A DNA stretch of 39,085 nucleotides. Origin: a virus. Taxonomy: Duplodnaviria; Caudoviricetes. Position 1 is the first letter of the stretch. The number at the start of each line of letters is the position of its first letter. The notes beneath the pieces were generated by a model. The model was not told the DNA's origin. It saw nothing but the letters and a program-made list of their open reading frames with translations, and did no database searches. The stretch is taken from positions 1 through 39,085 of IMG/VR virus record IMGVR_UViG_3300031228_000017; one strand, written 5' to 3'. The translations under genes were made by a program, and so were the position numbers. Shown piece after piece: positions 15,883-25,305 of the stretch.

Positions 15883-16554
15883 ATGGCGCACCGGAACCCG
15901 CCCGTCCCCCTGCACGACGTGAAGGACGTCGAGGGCCTCTGTAAGGCCGTCGCGCTGAAGTCGTCCGCCGACCTGACCCCGGCGCAGTTCGAGGACGCCC
16001 TCGGCGACCTCATGCTCGCCGCCGTCGAAATGAGCGGCATCCGTCACGGCCGGTACGTCTACAACTCCGGCAACTGCCCGCCCGGCGTCTTCGACCCCTC
16101 GATCGGCCTCGACTTCGACGGCTACCTCGGGAAGTGGCTCCCGAATCGCCTCATCGACTGGCGACGGAAGAACCTCGGCGACTCCCGCAACAAGACGCGG
16201 CCCGAGTTCGTCCCGTTCGAGCAGAAGCACGACGAGGCCCTCGTCGATCACGACGACTTCGTCGAGCAGATCACCGAGGCCGCCTCGATCCTCGACGACC
16301 TCTCGCGGCTCTCCCCGGACGCGTGGGAGACGATCGAGACGATCGTCCGGCCCATGGCGCACGGCGAGCGCCCGAACGAGATCGCCGACCGCCTCGGCGT
16401 CTCCCGGCGCGCGCTCGGCCGCCGACTCGAAGACGTCCGGAACGAGCTACTCGGGATCGCCCTCGGGATCGAGAAGCCGACCACGGACGAGATCGTCGAA
16501 GCCCTCCACGGCCTCGACGAGTCCCCGATCGACCACGGAAGGGAGCAGGCATGA
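15883..16554 (+). CDS. phage sigma-70-family factor, candidate late sigma
   Basis: Region 2-like FEDALGDLML...FDPSIGLDFDGYLGKWLPNRLIDWRRK; region 4 HTH GERPNEIADRLGVSRRALGRRL; GAAAGGA SD. Confidence 0.7.
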   Translation: MAHRNPPVPLHDVKDVEGLCKAVALKSSADLTPAQFEDALGDLMLAAVEMSGIRHGRYVYNSGNCPPGVFDPSIGLDFDGYLGKWLPNRLIDWRRKNLGDSRNKTRPEFVPFEQKHDEALVDHDDFVEQITEAASILDDLSRLSPDAWETIETIVRPMAHGERPNEIADRLGVSRRALGRRLEDVRNELLGIALGIEKPTTDEIVEALHGLDESPIDHGREQA

Positions 16555-16871
16555 ACCGTCTCGACACGCCGCGTATCCGCGGCCTCGACCTCCGCGGCTC
16601 CGACGTCGTCCTCGACTTCGTCCGGAAGCTCGTCCAGGGCGAAGAGGCGATGCAAGCGAGCCTCGAAAGCTACGCCGACCGGAGCGCGATCGGCCGCGCC
16701 GAGGCCCGCCGGATCATCTTCGGCTCGAAGCGGGCCTCCGGCGAATTGCGGCCCGGCGAGAAGCCGCGCGGACGCTCGATCGCTCGCGTCGCCTCGAAGA
16801 CGAAGTCCCTCGCGAAGCGCCGCGCGAAGAACGCCGTCGCCAAGCAGTCCCGGAAGGAGAACCGTGTCTAG
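16551..16871 (+). CDS. basic hypothetical protein
   Basis: AAGGGAGCAGGC-ATG; ends KRRAKNAVAKQSRKENRV. Confidence 0.6.
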   Translation: MNRLDTPRIRGLDLRGSDVVLDFVRKLVQGEEAMQASLESYADRSAIGRAEARRIIFGSKRASGELRPGEKPRGRSIARVASKTKSLAKRRAKNAVAKQSRKENRV

Positions 16872-17373
16872 CGTCATCGTCTACGGCCTCGCCGTCCTCG
16901 GCGCGCTGAACGTCATCGGATGCGCCCTCGTCGCCCTCTACATCTTCGCGACCGACGTCATCCTCGCCCGACGCGCCCGGCAGTCCGAGAAGCTCGCCGC
17001 CGCGTACCTCGCCGGACTCAACGCGGCCCACGACGACAAGGCCGCCCCGGCGCTGAAGCTCGTCCCTCCGCTCGACGTCGCCGACGAGGACGAGGAAGAC
17101 CCGCTCGTCGAGATCGAGGTCGTCATCGGACGCCCCGACACGGACGCGCCCGAGTACGTCTTCCAGACCATCCCCGCATCGACGCCCGGCGTCGAAGTCG
17201 TCCGCGGCGCGCTCTCCGCGGCCGAGATCGAGACGACCGAAGACGCCCCGACATTCTGGGAGTTCCGCTGCGCCGAGGGCTACTCGATCGGCCTCGGGGC
17301 CGACGCCGGAACGCTCGCGCTCATGTCGCAGCCGCTCACCCTCACCGAGACGAAGGCGAGGCGGAAGGTATGA
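16864..17373 (+). CDS. membrane-anchored hypothetical protein
   Basis: N-terminal hydrophobic helix; GAAGGAG SD. Confidence 0.6.
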   Translation: MSSVIVYGLAVLGALNVIGCALVALYIFATDVILARRARQSEKLAAAYLAGLNAAHDDKAAPALKLVPPLDVADEDEEDPLVEIEVVIGRPDTDAPEYVFQTIPASTPGVEVVRGALSAAEIETTEDAPTFWEFRCAEGYSIGLGADAGTLALMSQPLTLTETKARRKV

Positions 17374-17600
17374 CCGGCCGCCGCCTCTACGAGGTCGTCA
17401 CGGACGCCGTCTTCGCCGAGCAGGCGTACCGGCATCCGTCGGGCGGGACGGGCGACTCGTACCTCGCCCGAGAGGAAGGCGTCATCGACGGCAACTTCAC
17501 CGGCCGCACCCCGGCCGCGTGGGCCTTCCTGCCGAAGAACGAGCGGGACGCGTGGAACGCCGCCGCGAAGCGGCTCTCCGGAAGGCGGCGGAAGGCGTGA
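17370..17600 (+). CDS. hypothetical protein
   Basis: MTGRRLYEVV...AWAFLPKNERDAWNAAA; ATGA overlap. Confidence 0.55.
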   Translation: MTGRRLYEVVTDAVFAEQAYRHPSGGTGDSYLAREEGVIDGNFTGRTPAAWAFLPKNERDAWNAAAKRLSGRRRKA

Positions 17601-17740
17601 CGACGTTCCTCGCCGGATACCGCCTCGGCGTCGCCCTCGTCGCCCTCTCCCGCTCCCTGAAGCGGGCGATCGCCGGGGCCGCCTTCGAGCAGTCCCTCGC
17701 CAACTTCCGACGCTCGCTCGACTCCGAGGCCCGCTGAACG

Positions 17741-18139
17741 ATGCCCGCCGGACGCGCAAAGCGCCCCTGCCTCGGACTCCCCGGGAGGCCCTGCCGCGAG
17801 AAGATCCGCGGGGCCTCCCGGTGCCTCGACTGCGCCCGCGAGCATGAACGCGCCCGCACCGAGGCCCGGCAGACCTCCGAGCCGTGGCGGATCCTCTACA
17901 CCCGCCCCGAGTGGAAGAACACGCGCTCCGACCGGCTCGCGCTCGACCGGAGACGCTGTACCGACTGCGGAAGCCGTCAGGGCCTCTCCGTCGATCACGA
18001 ACGGCCCCTCCGCGAGCTTTGGGCCGAGTACGACCTCGAAGACTTCGTCCGGGCCGCCTGCGACCTCGGATCGCTCCGGACACGCTGCGGATCCTGCCAC
18101 GCGACCATCGAGGCCCTCAGAAGACGGGCCGAAGCATGA
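17741..18139 (+). CDS. HNH endonuclease
   Basis: CTDC...LSVDH...LRTRCGSCH and an N-terminal PC...RC motif, typical of packaging-associated HNH proteins. Confidence 0.8.
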   Translation: MPAGRAKRPCLGLPGRPCREKIRGASRCLDCAREHERARTEARQTSEPWRILYTRPEWKNTRSDRLALDRRRCTDCGSRQGLSVDHERPLRELWAEYDLEDFVRAACDLGSLRTRCGSCHATIEALRRRAEA

Positions 18140-18372
18140 GCGCGCCCTCCGGAGAGTGGAACGGCGGCCACGGCGACGGGACGGCCTACGGGAAGGGCCT
18201 CCACGTCCTCGCCGACGACCTCGGCGTCATCGACGCCGGGAAGGGCGAGACAGTCCCCTTCGCGCTCCGGCCGACATGGCAGGACGAAGCGAACGCCGCT
18301 ACGCCCGGCGAGATCGAAGCCTTCCTCGGCCGGTGGGCCGCCTTCCTCGACGAGTACGGCGACGCCGCATGA
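18136..18372 (+). CDS. hypothetical protein
   Basis: ATGA-coupled ORF MSAPSGEWNGGHG... Confidence 0.5.
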   Translation: MSAPSGEWNGGHGDGTAYGKGLHVLADDLGVIDAGKGETVPFALRPTWQDEANAATPGEIEAFLGRWAAFLDEYGDAA

Positions 18373-18854
18373 TCGCCGCCTTCGCCGCTCTCGTCGTCGC
18401 CGTATTCGGCCCCGGCAACACCGCCGCGCCGAGGCCGACCCTCCCGCCGCCGATCGAGGCCGTCAAGGCCGAGCGCGACTTCTGGAACGCCGCCGCGAAG
18501 AAGCGCCGCCGAGAGGCGAAGGCCCTCGCCCGCGCCCTCGCAGAAGCCCGAGCCGAGATCCGGCGTCTAAACGCCCCGCCGACGACCATCGTCGGACTCG
18601 GCCTGCTCATGGCCTCCCGCGGCTACCACGTCTCCGAGCATCCCGACTTCGGCGGCGTCGCCCCCGTCCACTCCGGCGGCTCCCTCCACTACTCCGCGCT
18701 CGCCGTGGACGTGAACTGCGACGGATGCCCCGGAGGCGAAGAGGCGGCGCTCGACAAGCTCGCCGCCGACCTCCGGACGCTCCCCGGCGTGACGGAGCTT
18801 CTCTGGCGCGTCCCGGATCACTTCGACCACCTTCACGTAGGCATGGCGGCGTGA
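18369..18854 (+). CDS. exported M15/LAS-type Zn peptidase (peptidoglycan hydrolase-like)
   Basis: Hydrophobic N terminus, coiled coil, then SLHYSALAVD (H-x6-D) and DHLHV (HxH). Confidence 0.65.
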   Translation: MIAAFAALVVAVFGPGNTAAPRPTLPPPIEAVKAERDFWNAAAKKRRREAKALARALAEARAEIRRLNAPPTTIVGLGLLMASRGYHVSEHPDFGGVAPVHSGGSLHYSALAVDVNCDGCPGGEEAALDKLAADLRTLPGVTELLWRVPDHFDHLHVGMAA

Positions 18855-19558
18855 AGGTCGCGATCGTCGGCTCCCGCGACTGGCCCGAACTCGACCGCGT
18901 CGGCGAGTTCGTCGAGAAGCTCGCCGAGAAGTACCCGACGGCCGTCGTCGTCTCCGGAGGCGCGCGCGGCGTAGACCGTACCGCCGAAGCCGTCGCCCTG
19001 AAGTGCGGCCTCCGCGTCGTCTCGTACCGCTGCGTCGCCGGTCACACCTTCCGCTACCAACGCCGCCCCGATCGACCCGACGTCGCCCTCGCCGTCCCCG
19101 GAGGGGACTACTCGCAGGGGGCCAAGAACGGCGCGCGCGACGCCCTCCACCGCCGAAACGGGTGGATCATCGAAGAGGCCGACCGAGTCGTCGCCTTCGA
19201 CGCCCTCACCGGAGGAACGAAGGACGCCGTCGAGAAGACGCTCGCCCTCGGCCGCCCCCTCGTCCGCTACTTCGTCGGCGTCGCCGAACCGGACGTCCAC
19301 GACGAAGCCCGCCTCATCGCCTCCCTTATCGCGACCTTCGACGCCGTCGAGGTCGTCGAGGACGAACACCGGCCCCGAGCGCCCTTCGACCTCGACGCCC
19401 ACCTACGGAAGATCCGACAGAAGGAAGCCTCCGACCGCATCCTCGCCGACGCCGAGCAGGCCCCCTCCACGACCGACGTCGCGCCCACTGAGAGCGCGCC
19501 TGAGCCGACCCTCTTCGACATGGAGGCACCCGTCCTCCGACAGTCCGACCGTGGCTAA
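18851..19558 (+). CDS. SLOG-family (YspA/DUF2493-like) protein
   Basis: KVAIVGSRDW...VVSGGARGVD...RRNGWIIEEADRVVAF...GGT. Confidence 0.75.
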   Translation: MKVAIVGSRDWPELDRVGEFVEKLAEKYPTAVVVSGGARGVDRTAEAVALKCGLRVVSYRCVAGHTFRYQRRPDRPDVALAVPGGDYSQGAKNGARDALHRRNGWIIEEADRVVAFDALTGGTKDAVEKTLALGRPLVRYFVGVAEPDVHDEARLIASLIATFDAVEVVEDEHRPRAPFDLDAHLRKIRQKEASDRILADAEQAPSTTDVAPTESAPEPTLFDMEAPVLRQSDRG

Positions 19559-19940
19559 GGCGAGCAGAGAGAAGGGGAAGCGAGGCGAGCGGGAGTTCGC
19601 CGAGATCCTCACCCGCCACGGCTTCGAGGCGTACCGGGACGGCAGGCTCGACGACGACGTCGCGCACAACGTGGGCGGCTACCACTTCGAGGTCAAGCGC
19701 AGAGAGACGCTCGCCCTCCCTCAGTGGACACGGCAGGCCGAGCAGGATGCAGGCGCACGCGAGGCCGTCGTCGCCTACCGCCGCAGTCGCGAGCCGTGGC
19801 GCTGCTCGATCGACGCCGACCGGCTCGTCCGCCTGCTCGCGATCGAGCGCGAGGCCCGCGGCCTCGTCGAGTGCTTCACGATGACGAACGGCTCGGCCTT
19901 CGTCGCGCGCGATCGCCTCTCGGACGTTCTCGACTCGTAG
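19551..19940 (+). CDS. PD-(D/E)xK Holliday junction resolvase-like protein
   Basis: SREKGKRGERE...DDV...FEVKRRE...W..QA. Confidence 0.75.
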   Translation: MAKASREKGKRGEREFAEILTRHGFEAYRDGRLDDDVAHNVGGYHFEVKRRETLALPQWTRQAEQDAGAREAVVAYRRSREPWRCSIDADRLVRLLAIEREARGLVECFTMTNGSAFVARDRLSDVLDS

Positions 19941-20069
19941 GCCCCGGAGGGGATACGGGGTTCGGATCTTGGCCGGACAGCCGCCGGAACCCTACGCGAG
20001 GGCGACGCACACGGCCGCGAAACTCACGGATTTGTCACGGCTCCCCGACGACGCTCCGACAGTCCGAGC

Positions 20070-20153
20070 ATGAGCATCGCAATCCTGACGATCATCTTCT
20101 GCGGCGGCCTCGGCGGCCTGCTCGGACTCGCTCGCGCGTGGGCGCGGGCTTGA
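20070..20153 (+). CDS. 27 aa hydrophobic peptide (not in the ORF track)
   Basis: ATG 7 nt after TCCGACAG; MSIAILTIIFCGGLGGLLGLARAWARA. Confidence 0.45.
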   Translation: MSIAILTIIFCGGLGGLLGLARAWARA

Positions 20154-20154
20154 C

Positions 20155-20385
20155 GTGGCGACCGACGCCGGGCCGGGCTTCGAGCCGGACTACGGCTACC
20201 TCTGCGACCTCGCGGCGGTCTGCGGCTGGACGCTCGGCCTCGCCCGTTTAGACGACGGGCGCTTCGCGCTCCGCGTCTCGGACGGGGACGAGATCCTCGG
20301 CGGCGTCCGCTTCTCGCCGGAGGCGTCGCTCGACGTCGCGGCCGACCTCGTCTTCGCGGGCCTGCACGAACGGGGCCTCGTATGA
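20155..20385 (+). CDS. hypothetical protein
   Basis: 76 aa ORF coupled to the next gene. Confidence 0.5.
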   Translation: MATDAGPGFEPDYGYLCDLAAVCGWTLGLARLDDGRFALRVSDGDEILGGVRFSPEASLDVAADLVFAGLHERGLV

Positions 20386-20567
20386 ACGTCCACGTCCAGG
20401 GCGGCACGGGAGCGGGCGTCCGCGCTCCGTTCGAGGGCGCGGCGAAGCCGTGGCCCTGCGAGTGTTGGGACACCGTTCTCGCCGAGGACGGATACCCCTC
20501 GATCGTCGGCAGGACGAACCCCGGCTACCTCGTCGCCTGCCCGGACTGCGGCGAGAGGCGGCCGTAA
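20382..20567 (+). CDS. small Zn-finger-like protein
   Basis: CEC...CPDCG; TAATG overlap with terS. Confidence 0.5.
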   Translation: MNVHVQGGTGAGVRAPFEGAAKPWPCECWDTVLAEDGYPSIVGRTNPGYLVACPDCGERRP

Positions 20568-21160
20568 TGGCGGGCGGTCGCCCTCCGAAGCCCGCCGCGA
20601 TCCGGCACCGAGACGGCAACGCCGGGAAGCGCCCGATCCACGACGAGGCCCGCATCGGCGAGCCGCTCGTCGAGGCCGCGGAGTTCCCCGCGCCCGAGCA
20701 TCTTCGCGACGAGTCGGCGGCGGTCTGGAACGAGGTCGTCCCGGATCTCGTCGAGGTCGGCCTCATCCGTTCCGTGGACGCGCTCGCGCTCGAAGCTCTC
20801 TGCGAGGCCGTGGCGACGGCGCGCGAGGCGACCGCCGAGTACGTGCGGGACGGCTTCACGGTCGAGGGCGGCCGGGCGGGGACGGTCGTCGTGAACCCGG
20901 CGTACCGCGTCGCCCGGGATTCGTGGGCGCTCGCGCTGAAGATCGCGACCGAGTACGGCATGACGGCCGTCGCCCGGTTGCGCGTCGGCGCGGCCGTGCT
21001 GAAGCAAAGGACTCTCGCCGAGGAACTCATGGCGGCGCTCGACGGCGACGAGGACGTCGTCATCGACGGCGAGGCCGTCGAGGTCGAGCCGGTCGCGATC
21101 GAGCCGACGAAGAAGAAGCCCGCGGCGAAGAAGAAGCCCGCCGCGAAGCCGAAGGCGTAG
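20567..21160 (+). CDS. terS: terminase small subunit, P27 family
   Basis: MAGGRPPKP...GNAGKR...PEHL...W...D.LAL..LC...VNPAY...EYGMTAVAR. Confidence 0.85.
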   Translation: MAGGRPPKPAAIRHRDGNAGKRPIHDEARIGEPLVEAAEFPAPEHLRDESAAVWNEVVPDLVEVGLIRSVDALALEALCEAVATAREATAEYVRDGFTVEGGRAGTVVVNPAYRVARDSWALALKIATEYGMTAVARLRVGAAVLKQRTLAEELMAALDGDEDVVIDGEAVEVEPVAIEPTKKKPAAKKKPAAKPKA

Positions 21161-21162
21161 TC

Positions 21163-22980
21163 GTGGCGCGCGTCGCGCCGACCTTCGACCCGTGCCTCGA
21201 CGCCCGGCGCTTCGCGCGCTTCTCGCGCGGCTTCATTCGTCAGACGAAGGGCGTATGGGCGGGGCAGCCGCTCGACGTCGAGCCGTGGCAGTTCGAGATC
21301 GTGCGGGAGATCCTCCGGCGCGATCCGGTGACGCGGCAACGCGTCTACTCGGAAGCCCTGATCGGGATTCCCCGGAAGAACGGGAAGTCCACGCTCTCGG
21401 CCGCGCTCGCCCTCTACTTCCTCGTCGTCGTCGGGACGCTCCCGGTCGAGCATGGCGGCGACCCGGGCGCGGAAATCTACGCGGCGGCAGGGTCGAAGGA
21501 TCAGGCCCGGATCGTCTTCGAGCAGACTAAGGCGTTCGTCCTCGGCTCGCCCCGGCTCGCGGCTCTCTGCGACGTCCAGAAGGATCGGATCCTCGTCAAG
21601 GAATCGGGCGCGATGTTCCGCGTCCTCTCGTCGGACGCGCCGCGCCTGCACGGCCTGAACCCGTCGCTCGTCATCATCGACGAGCTACACGCCCATCAGA
21701 ACGGCGACCTCTACGAGGCGCTCACGACGGGCGACCTCGCGCGTGCCGAGCCGCTCACGGTGACGATCACGACGGCGGGCGACGATCAGGAGAACTCCGT
21801 CCTCGGCGAGGTCTTCACGAAGGTCTACGGGACGAAGCCGGTCGTCGATCGCGAGACGGGCCTCTTCGTTCCGGCGAAGACGAAGCCCGCCGACATGTTC
21901 GGCCGATGGTGGACGGTCGCCGACGAGGATCTCGACGACCCGGACGCGTGGGAGCGCGCGAACCCGGCGTCGTGGGTGACGCGCGAGCGGCTCACGAAGA
22001 AGGCCCCGCCGAGGACGAAGAAGGGATCGTGGGAGCGCCTGCACTTGAACCGCTGGACGAAGGCCGAAGAGGCGTGGCTACCCGTCGGCGCGTGGGAGTC
22101 GTGCGAGGGCGGCCCGGCGCTCGAAGACGACGACGCCGTCTTCGTCGGCGTGGACATGGGCCGCAAGCATGACACCGCGGCCGTGGTCGTCGTGGGGCCG
22201 TGGAAGCTCGACGAGGCGATCGGGACGATGCGTCGGCCGGTCGAGGCGATGGTCTGGGGCGTACAGCCGGATCCGTCGAAGCCCGCCCCGGCCGCGGTCG
22301 AGATCATCGCGGGCGACCGGATCCCGTTCGTTCTCGTCGAGGACTACGTCCGCGAGCTTCACCGCACCTTCGACGTGCGCGAGGTCGCGTATGACCCGTG
22401 GCGCTTCGACAAGTCCGCCGAGGATCTCGAAGCGGAGGGGATCGAAATGGTCGAGTTCCCGATGACGAACGAGCGCATGGCCCCGGCGTCGCAGGGCCTC
22501 TACGATGCCGTCCTCGCGCTCGGCCTCTCTCACGACGGAGACGACGTCCTCGCGTCGCACGTAGACGCGGCGGTCGCGAAGGACCTCGGCCGGGATACGT
22601 GGCGGCTCGATAAGAAGAAGGCGAAGAACCCGTCGGACGCGACGATCGCGCTGGCGGTCGCGCTCTCGCGCGCGAACTCGGAGGACGGCGACGGCGGCGG
22701 CTTCACGATCCGCGCCATGGACGCCGGGGGAGACGCGACGCCGAACCCGCTCGACGCGCCCGAGGGCCTCGACGAGCGGATCGCCGACCTCGTCTACCGC
22801 GACCGGCCGATCGCGTGGGGCGACCTCTCGCCGGAGGCGAGCGCGAAGCTCGCCGCCGTCCTCCGCTCGACGGCCGACCTCTTCCGGACGCGATCGTCCA
22901 CGCGGGCGGGCTTTCAGCATGAGGACGAGTACGCCGAGAAGTGCCTCGCGGCGCTGCGCGACCGGCGTCTCGCGGCCTGA
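21163..22980 (+). CDS. terL: terminase large subunit
   Basis: LDVEPWQ, Walker A IPRKNGKST, Walker B IIDELH, TITTAG, nuclease GVDMGRKHD and YDPW. Confidence 0.95.
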   Translation: MARVAPTFDPCLDARRFARFSRGFIRQTKGVWAGQPLDVEPWQFEIVREILRRDPVTRQRVYSEALIGIPRKNGKSTLSAALALYFLVVVGTLPVEHGGDPGAEIYAAAGSKDQARIVFEQTKAFVLGSPRLAALCDVQKDRILVKESGAMFRVLSSDAPRLHGLNPSLVIIDELHAHQNGDLYEALTTGDLARAEPLTVTITTAGDDQENSVLGEVFTKVYGTKPVVDRETGLFVPAKTKPADMFGRWWTVADEDLDDPDAWERANPASWVTRERLTKKAPPRTKKGSWERLHLNRWTKAEEAWLPVGAWESCEGGPALEDDDAVFVGVDMGRKHDTAAVVVVGPWKLDEAIGTMRRPVEAMVWGVQPDPSKPAPAAVEIIAGDRIPFVLVEDYVRELHRTFDVREVAYDPWRFDKSAEDLEAEGIEMVEFPMTNERMAPASQGLYDAVLALGLSHDGDDVLASHVDAAVAKDLGRDTWRLDKKKAKNPSDATIALAVALSRANSEDGDGGGFTIRAMDAGGDATPNPLDAPEGLDERIADLVYRDRPIAWGDLSPEASAKLAAVLRSTADLFRTRSSTRAGFQHEDEYAEKCLAALRDRRLAA

Positions 22981-23009
22981 TCCGGCCGCGTCGGGGGGCC
23001 TCGACGCGC

Positions 23010-23027
23010 TCCGATAGTCCGAGCGTG
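23010..23027 (+). promoter_or_regulatory. TCCGATAG late-promoter motif (representative copy of 13)
   Basis: TCCGATAG-7 nt-GTG; also at 4362, 15680, 24460, 27131, 27374, 30237, 32089, 34036, 36889 and 38831, with TCCGACAG at 19536 and 20055. Confidence 0.75.
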
Positions 23028-24416
23028 AACGCCCACGCCGCCGAAGCCTTCGCCGCCGCGTACGCCGAGCGCGCGACCTCGTCATCCCTGAACGACCCGA
23101 GCGTCGATCTCGTCAAGTCGCTCACGATGTACGAGGACGGCCCCGAGACGGCGTCCGGCGTGCGCGTCTCCCCGGAGACGGCGCTCCGCTACCTCCCGGT
23201 CTACGCGGCCGTCCGCTACCTCGCCGAGACGATCGGCTCGCTTCCGTTCAAGGTCTACCGGCGCGAGGGCCGCTCGCGCGTCGCCGTCGGCCTGGACGAG
23301 GATCGTCGCGCCTTCCTGCTCGACGAGGAACCGAATCCGTACATGTCGGCCATGACCTTCTGGGAGACGGTCATCGGCCACGCGAACCTCTGGGGCAACG
23401 CGTACGCCTACGTCGAGTTCGACGGCAAGGGGTCGCCCGTCGCCCTCTGGCCGCTCGACCCGCGCTCGACCGCCCCGTACCGCGACGACTCCGGCGCTCT
23501 CTTCTACCGGATGCAGACCGGCGCGGGCGTCGTGAGTCTCCACCCGCGCGAGGTCATTCACCTTCGCGCGTTCGGCACGGGCGACGTCGGGATCTCCCCG
23601 ATCGGCCTCGCGCGGCAGGCGATCGGCGAGCAGTTGGCGGCCGAAGAGTACGCCGGGCGCTTCTGGTCGAACGACGGCCGCCCCGGCGGCGTCATTCAGT
23701 ACGAGAAGAAGCTCACCGACCCGGATCACAAGGAAGCCGTGAACCGCTGGAACTCGATGCATAAGGGCGTCAAGCGGTCGCACCTTGTGGCCGTCCTCGA
23801 CCGCGGCGCGACGTGGAAGGACGTCGGGATCCCGCACGGCGACGCGCAGTTCTTGGAGACGCGGAAGTTCGGCGTCCGGCAGATCGCGAGCCTCTTCCGC
23901 GTCCCCCCGCACAAGATCGGCGACCTCGAAGGCTCGGTGACGTTCGCGTCGATCGACGCGCAGGAACTCTCCGCGGTCGTGGACTCGCTGCGGCCGTGGG
24001 TTACGCGCGCCGAGCAGGCGACGAAGCGCGTCCTCTTCCACCCGTTTATCAACGTCGAGAAGGGGATCCTCTCGCCGGACGGCCGGAACCGCACGTACCC
24101 GCAGTTCACGATGGACGCGCTCCTGCGCGGCGACGTGAAGACGCGCCATATGGTCTACGGCCTCGGCCGCCAGTGGGGCTACTACTCGGCGAACGACGTC
24201 CTCGAAATGGAAGACCGGCCGGGGATCGGCGAGGACGGCGACGTCTACCTACAGCCGGTGAACATGGTCCCCGCGGGAACCGACGTTACGGCGATGGGCG
24301 CGGTCGAGGGCGAGGCGGCGAGGACTCTCGCGGCGACGCTCGCGAAGTTCGGGCCGGGCGCGGGCGACGCGATGCGCGCCCTCTCCGAATCGCTCGAAGC
24401 CGAGCAAACGGCTTAG
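23025..24416 (+). CDS. portal protein, HK97 family
   Basis: VSPETAL..VYAAV..LAETIGSLP, PNPYMS, LWGNAY, EVIHLR, DAQFLETRKF, FRVPPHKIG. Confidence 0.95.
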   Translation: MNAHAAEAFAAAYAERATSSSLNDPSVDLVKSLTMYEDGPETASGVRVSPETALRYLPVYAAVRYLAETIGSLPFKVYRREGRSRVAVGLDEDRRAFLLDEEPNPYMSAMTFWETVIGHANLWGNAYAYVEFDGKGSPVALWPLDPRSTAPYRDDSGALFYRMQTGAGVVSLHPREVIHLRAFGTGDVGISPIGLARQAIGEQLAAEEYAGRFWSNDGRPGGVIQYEKKLTDPDHKEAVNRWNSMHKGVKRSHLVAVLDRGATWKDVGIPHGDAQFLETRKFGVRQIASLFRVPPHKIGDLEGSVTFASIDAQELSAVVDSLRPWVTRAEQATKRVLFHPFINVEKGILSPDGRNRTYPQFTMDALLRGDVKTRHMVYGLGRQWGYYSANDVLEMEDRPGIGEDGDVYLQPVNMVPAGTDVTAMGAVEGEAARTLAATLAKFGPGAGDAMRALSESLEAEQTA

Positions 24417-24474
24417 TCAAGCCCCCCTGACGGGCGCGTGCGCGGCGCGCGCGCGTCGCTCCGATAGACCGTTC

Positions 24475-25287
24475 GTGAAGGTCGAGATCGGGACTCCTGA
24501 GATCCGCTTCGGCGTCCTGAGGGACGTCGAGGTTCGCGAGGCGAAGCCGGGATCGAAGTCGCCCGGCGGCTTCTCGGGCTACGCCGCGGTCTACGGCGCG
24601 CGCTCCCTCGACCTCGGCGGCTTCGTCGAGGTCATCGAGCCGGGCGCGTTCGACGCTGCGATCGCCGAGGACGACGTCCGCGCGCTCATCAATCACGACC
24701 GGAACCTCGTCCTCGGCCGCTCGAAGGCGGGCGCGGGGACGCTCTCGCTCTCGTCGGACGAGGTCGGCCTCCGGACGGAGATCGACGAGCTTCCCGACAC
24801 GTCCTACGCCCGCGACCTCGTCGAGCTTCTGAGGCGCGGCGACGTCGATCAGATGAGTTTCGGCTTCGTGACGATCCGCGACCGTTGGGAGACGGAAGAG
24901 GACGGCACCGAGCTACGGACGCTGCTCGAAGCGCGCCTCTTCGACGTCTCGCCCGTCACCTTCCCGGCCTACCCGGACACGCTCGCCGAGGCCCGCGCGT
25001 TGCGCGACCTCTTCGCGAGCCGGGCCGACGCGGAGATCCGCGCCGGGGCAGTCCTCAGCAAGCGCAGCCGCTCGCTCGTCGAGCAGGCGCGCGATTCGCT
25101 GACTGAGCTTCTCGACCACGCCGGGGACGGCGCGGACGAGGAAAGCAACTCGGCCCCCGCGGTCGAGAGTCCCGCAGTCCCCGCGCCGGGGGACGAGCGG
25201 TCGTCGGAGTCGGCGCTCGCGCTCGCGAAGGTTCGCCTTCGCGCGCTCGAAGTCGCTCCGATTCCCTACCCCTCGGCGCACTCCTAA
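24475..25287 (+). CDS. HK97-type prohead protease
   Basis: FSGYAAVY, FVEVIEPGAF, LINHD, QMSFGF and DVSPVTFPAY. Confidence 0.93.
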   Translation: MKVEIGTPEIRFGVLRDVEVREAKPGSKSPGGFSGYAAVYGARSLDLGGFVEVIEPGAFDAAIAEDDVRALINHDRNLVLGRSKAGAGTLSLSSDEVGLRTEIDELPDTSYARDLVELLRRGDVDQMSFGFVTIRDRWETEEDGTELRTLLEARLFDVSPVTFPAYPDTLAEARALRDLFASRADAEIRAGAVLSKRSRSLVEQARDSLTELLDHAGDGADEESNSAPAVESPAVPAPGDERSSESALALAKVRLRALEVAPIPYPSAHS

Positions 25288-25305
25288 GGAAGGAACGTCG
25301 TCCAC

